The notes beneath the pieces are model-generated. The model saw only the letters and a list, made by a program, of their open reading frames with translations. It ran no database searches and had not been told where the DNA came from. From positions 18,196 to 82,195 of the forward strand of contig JAUSKG010000022.1 in NCBI GenBank assembly GCA_030647005.1: a DNA stretch of 64,000 nucleotides. The letters run 5' to 3'. This document shows, in pieces, positions 61,842-64,000 of this stretch (the first letter of the stretch is position 1; every line of letters begins with the position of its first letter). Origin of the DNA: a bacterium (GTDB lineage Bacteria; Patescibacteriota; Patescibacteriia; JACPHY01). The translations under genes were made by a program, and so were the position numbers.

Positions 61842-63374
61842 ATGAACGAGGCATTATTTATTCCTCTCATCGGCGGCATCGTACTCGTCGGTGTCGGCGC
61901 AGCCGGCGGCTATGCGTACCGGCACCTCGCCGCAACGCACCGCGCGCACGGCGCCGAGCAGAAAGCCGAGGCGATCATGGCGGAGGCAAAGCGCCGCGAG
62001 CGCGAGTTCCTCCTCAAAGCGAAGGACAAGGGGTTGAAGATCATTGACGACGCGAAGCGCGAGGAGACGGAGCGCCGGAAAGAACTCCAGCAGCTCCAGC
62101 AGCGTCTCGAGCAGCGCGAGACGAAGTTCGACGGCAAGCTCCTTGAACTCGAAGAGAAGCAGACGAAGCTCGACCAGGCCCGCGAGAAGCTCGTCGTGGC
62201 GAAGGATCGCCTCGAGGTGCTGCACGGTGAGGAGGAGCGCAAACTCGCGGAGATCGCCCAGCTCTCGCGCGCGGACGCGGAGCTGCGCCTCCTCGCAAAC
62301 GTGGAGACACAGGTCCAGGATTCGCTCATGAGCCGCGTGCGGAAGCTCGAGGCGATGAGCACGGAAGAGATTGAACGCAGGGCGCACATCGAGCTCGCGA
62401 GCGCGATGCAGCGCGTCGCATCGTCGCACTCCGTTGAGACCACGACGACCTCGGTGAAGCTCCCGTCCGATGACATGAAGGGGCGCATCATCGGCAAGGA
62501 GGGACGCAACATCAAGGCGATCGAGCACCTCACGGGGTGTGAGATTGTCGTGGATGAGACGCCGATGACGATCACCATTTCCGGCTTCTCACCCGTCCGG
62601 AGGCAGGTGGCACGTCGCGCACTCGAGGACCTCATCAAGGACGGCCGCATCCACCCCGCACGCGTGGAGGAAGCGGTTGCGACCGCGAAGAAGGACCTCG
62701 CGTCTGACATCAAAAAGGCGGGCGAGGACGCGCTCTACGAGCTCGGCATCGCGGGCGTTGACCCCAAGCTCGCGCAGATCCTCGGTCGGCTCAAGTACCG
62801 GACGAGCTACGGCCAGAACGTCCTCCACCACTCCATCGAGGTGGCGAACCTCGCCGGGCTCATGGCCGCGGAGCTCAAGCAGAACGTCCGCGAGGCGAAA
62901 CTCGGCGGGCTCATGCACGACATCGGCAAGGCCGTGGACCACGACATCCAGGGCACGCACATCGAGATCGGCTACAACATCCTCAAGAAGTTCAACATGC
63001 CGGAGGAGGTATGCTACGCGCCGATCGCCCACCATGAGGATAAGCCCACGACGGTGCTTGGCTGCATCATCAAGTCGGCGGATGCCATGTCCGGCGCGCG
63101 CCCGGGCGCGCGGAAGGACAGCTACGAGAACTACCTCAAGCGCCTCACGGAGCTTGAGAGCGTCGCGACCTCCTTCGAGGGTATCGAGCGCGCATACGCG
63201 ATCCAGGCAGGCCGCGAGATCCGCATCTTCATCTCGCCAAAAATCGCCGACGACTACCGCATGTACCAGCTCGCGAAGGACGTCGCGCAGAAGATCGAGC
63301 AGGAGCTCACGTACCCGGGCGAGATCAAGGTGACCGCCATCCGCGAGTCACGCGCGGTGGAGTACGCACGATAA
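61842..63374 (+). CDS. rny: Ribonuclease Y
   Basis: N-terminal TM helix, coiled coil, KH motif KGRIIGKEGRNI, HD domain MHDIGK, SGARPGAR. Confidence 0.96.
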   Translation: MNEALFIPLIGGIVLVGVGAAGGYAYRHLAATHRAHGAEQKAEAIMAEAKRREREFLLKAKDKGLKIIDDAKREETERRKELQQLQQRLEQRETKFDGKLLELEEKQTKLDQAREKLVVAKDRLEVLHGEEERKLAEIAQLSRADAELRLLANVETQVQDSLMSRVRKLEAMSTEEIERRAHIELASAMQRVASSHSVETTTTSVKLPSDDMKGRIIGKEGRNIKAIEHLTGCEIVVDETPMTITISGFSPVRRQVARRALEDLIKDGRIHPARVEEAVATAKKDLASDIKKAGEDALYELGIAGVDPKLAQILGRLKYRTSYGQNVLHHSIEVANLAGLMAAELKQNVREAKLGGLMHDIGKAVDHDIQGTHIEIGYNILKKFNMPEEVCYAPIAHHEDKPTTVLGCIIKSADAMSGARPGARKDSYENYLKRLTELESVATSFEGIERAYAIQAGREIRIFISPKIADDYRMYQLAKDVAQKIEQELTYPGEIKVTAIRESRAVEYAR

Positions 63375-63381
63375 ATACGTA

Positions 63382-63460
63382 AGCCGCAAGCTGACAGCCA
63401 ACAGCTGCAAGCTGGAAAACAAAACGAATATTTCTCTCTCACGCTTGCAGCTTGCAGCTA
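63382..63460. repeat. Heptamer repeat arrays in inverted orientation between rny and ymdB
   Basis: AGCCGCA AGCTGAC AGCCAAC AGCTGCA AGCTGGA, then GCTTGCAGCTTGCAGCTA. Confidence 0.75.
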
Positions 63461-63464
63461 ACGT

Positions 63465-64000
63465 ATGCGTTTCCTCATCTTCGGTGATGTCGTCGCAAAG
63501 ATCGGCCGGCGGGCGCTCGCAGAGACGCTCCCGGAGCTCCGCGCGACCTACGCACCCGACCTCATCCTCGCGAACGTCGAGAACCTCGCGCACGGGCTCG
63601 GCATCACCGCGAGCACGATCCGCGAAGTGTTCACCGCGGGCGTGGATATCGCGACCGGCGGCAACCACATCTGGCGCAAGCCGGAGGGCGTGGAGCTCAT
63701 TCGCGCGGGGGAACTCCCCATCGTGCGACCGGCAAACTACCCCGAGGGGGCACCGGGCAAGGGGTGGTACGTCCGCTCGGTTGCGGGCACGGATGTGCTC
63801 GTGGTAAACTTGCTGGGACGGGTGTTCATGAATAACCTCGTGGACGATCCCTTCCGTACGTTCGATACCATTCTTGCGGAGCACCCCGCACCCATCGTCC
63901 TCGTGGACTTCCATGGCGAGACCACGTCGGAGCGCGGTGCGTTTGGCTGGTACGTTGATGGACGCGCGAGCGTCGTGTACGGCACGCACACGCATGTCCC
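63465..64000 (+). CDS. ymdB: YmdB-family (TIGR00282) metallophosphoesterase, partial
   Basis: Manual translation MRFLIFGDVV, NVENLAHG, TGGNH, RPANYP, DFHGETTSE, GTHTHV; usual position after rny. Confidence 0.92.
   Translation, partial: MRFLIFGDVVAKIGRRALAETLPELRATYAPDLILANVENLAHGLGITASTIREVFTAGVDIATGGNHIWRKPEGVELIRAGELPIVRPANYPEGAPGKGWYVRSVAGTDVLVVNLLGRVFMNNLVDDPFRTFDTILAEHPAPIVLVDFHGETTSERGAFGWYVDGRASVVYGTHTHV

Overview
GC-rich bacterial chromosomal segment, standard genetic code, almost entirely encoded on the minus strand. Gene content and style (short IF-2, an 'AVFLTNGQVYFG' membrane-anchored protein, apparently leaderless genes, stand-alone citryl-CoA lyase) suggest Patescibacteria/CPR (Parcubacteria-like); this is an inference. 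Bases 1-37.6 kb are a very large surface-glycan/nonulosonic-acid locus: pseB, a pseC/class-III aminotransferase fusion, three NeuB-family synthases, three SpsF-type cytidylyltransferases, an amidotransferase with hisF/hisH paralogues, two formyltransferases, FkbH-ACP-AcpS and a divergent GAPDH-like/ATP-grasp/kinase-like subcluster. Bases 37.6-53 kb hold a split ATP-citrate-lyase-like system, a myxobacterial-style Cys-rich repeat lipoprotein with a partner gene, folD, leuS (with in-frame palindromic repeat insertions) and gdhA (with in-frame heptamer repeats). Bases 53.2-58.4 kb are an uncharacterised module (DUF1257-like, DUF2997-like, radical SAM, AAA+ ATPase) that contains a gene whose 3' end looks like a diversity-generating retroelement (DGR) variable region; this is the best candidate for a new system. 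The window ends with trxB, infB, rny and a partial ymdB. No rRNA, tRNA, CRISPR array, transposase or reverse transcriptase was recognised. Start codons were chosen by eye and family names come from motif recognition, not database searches.
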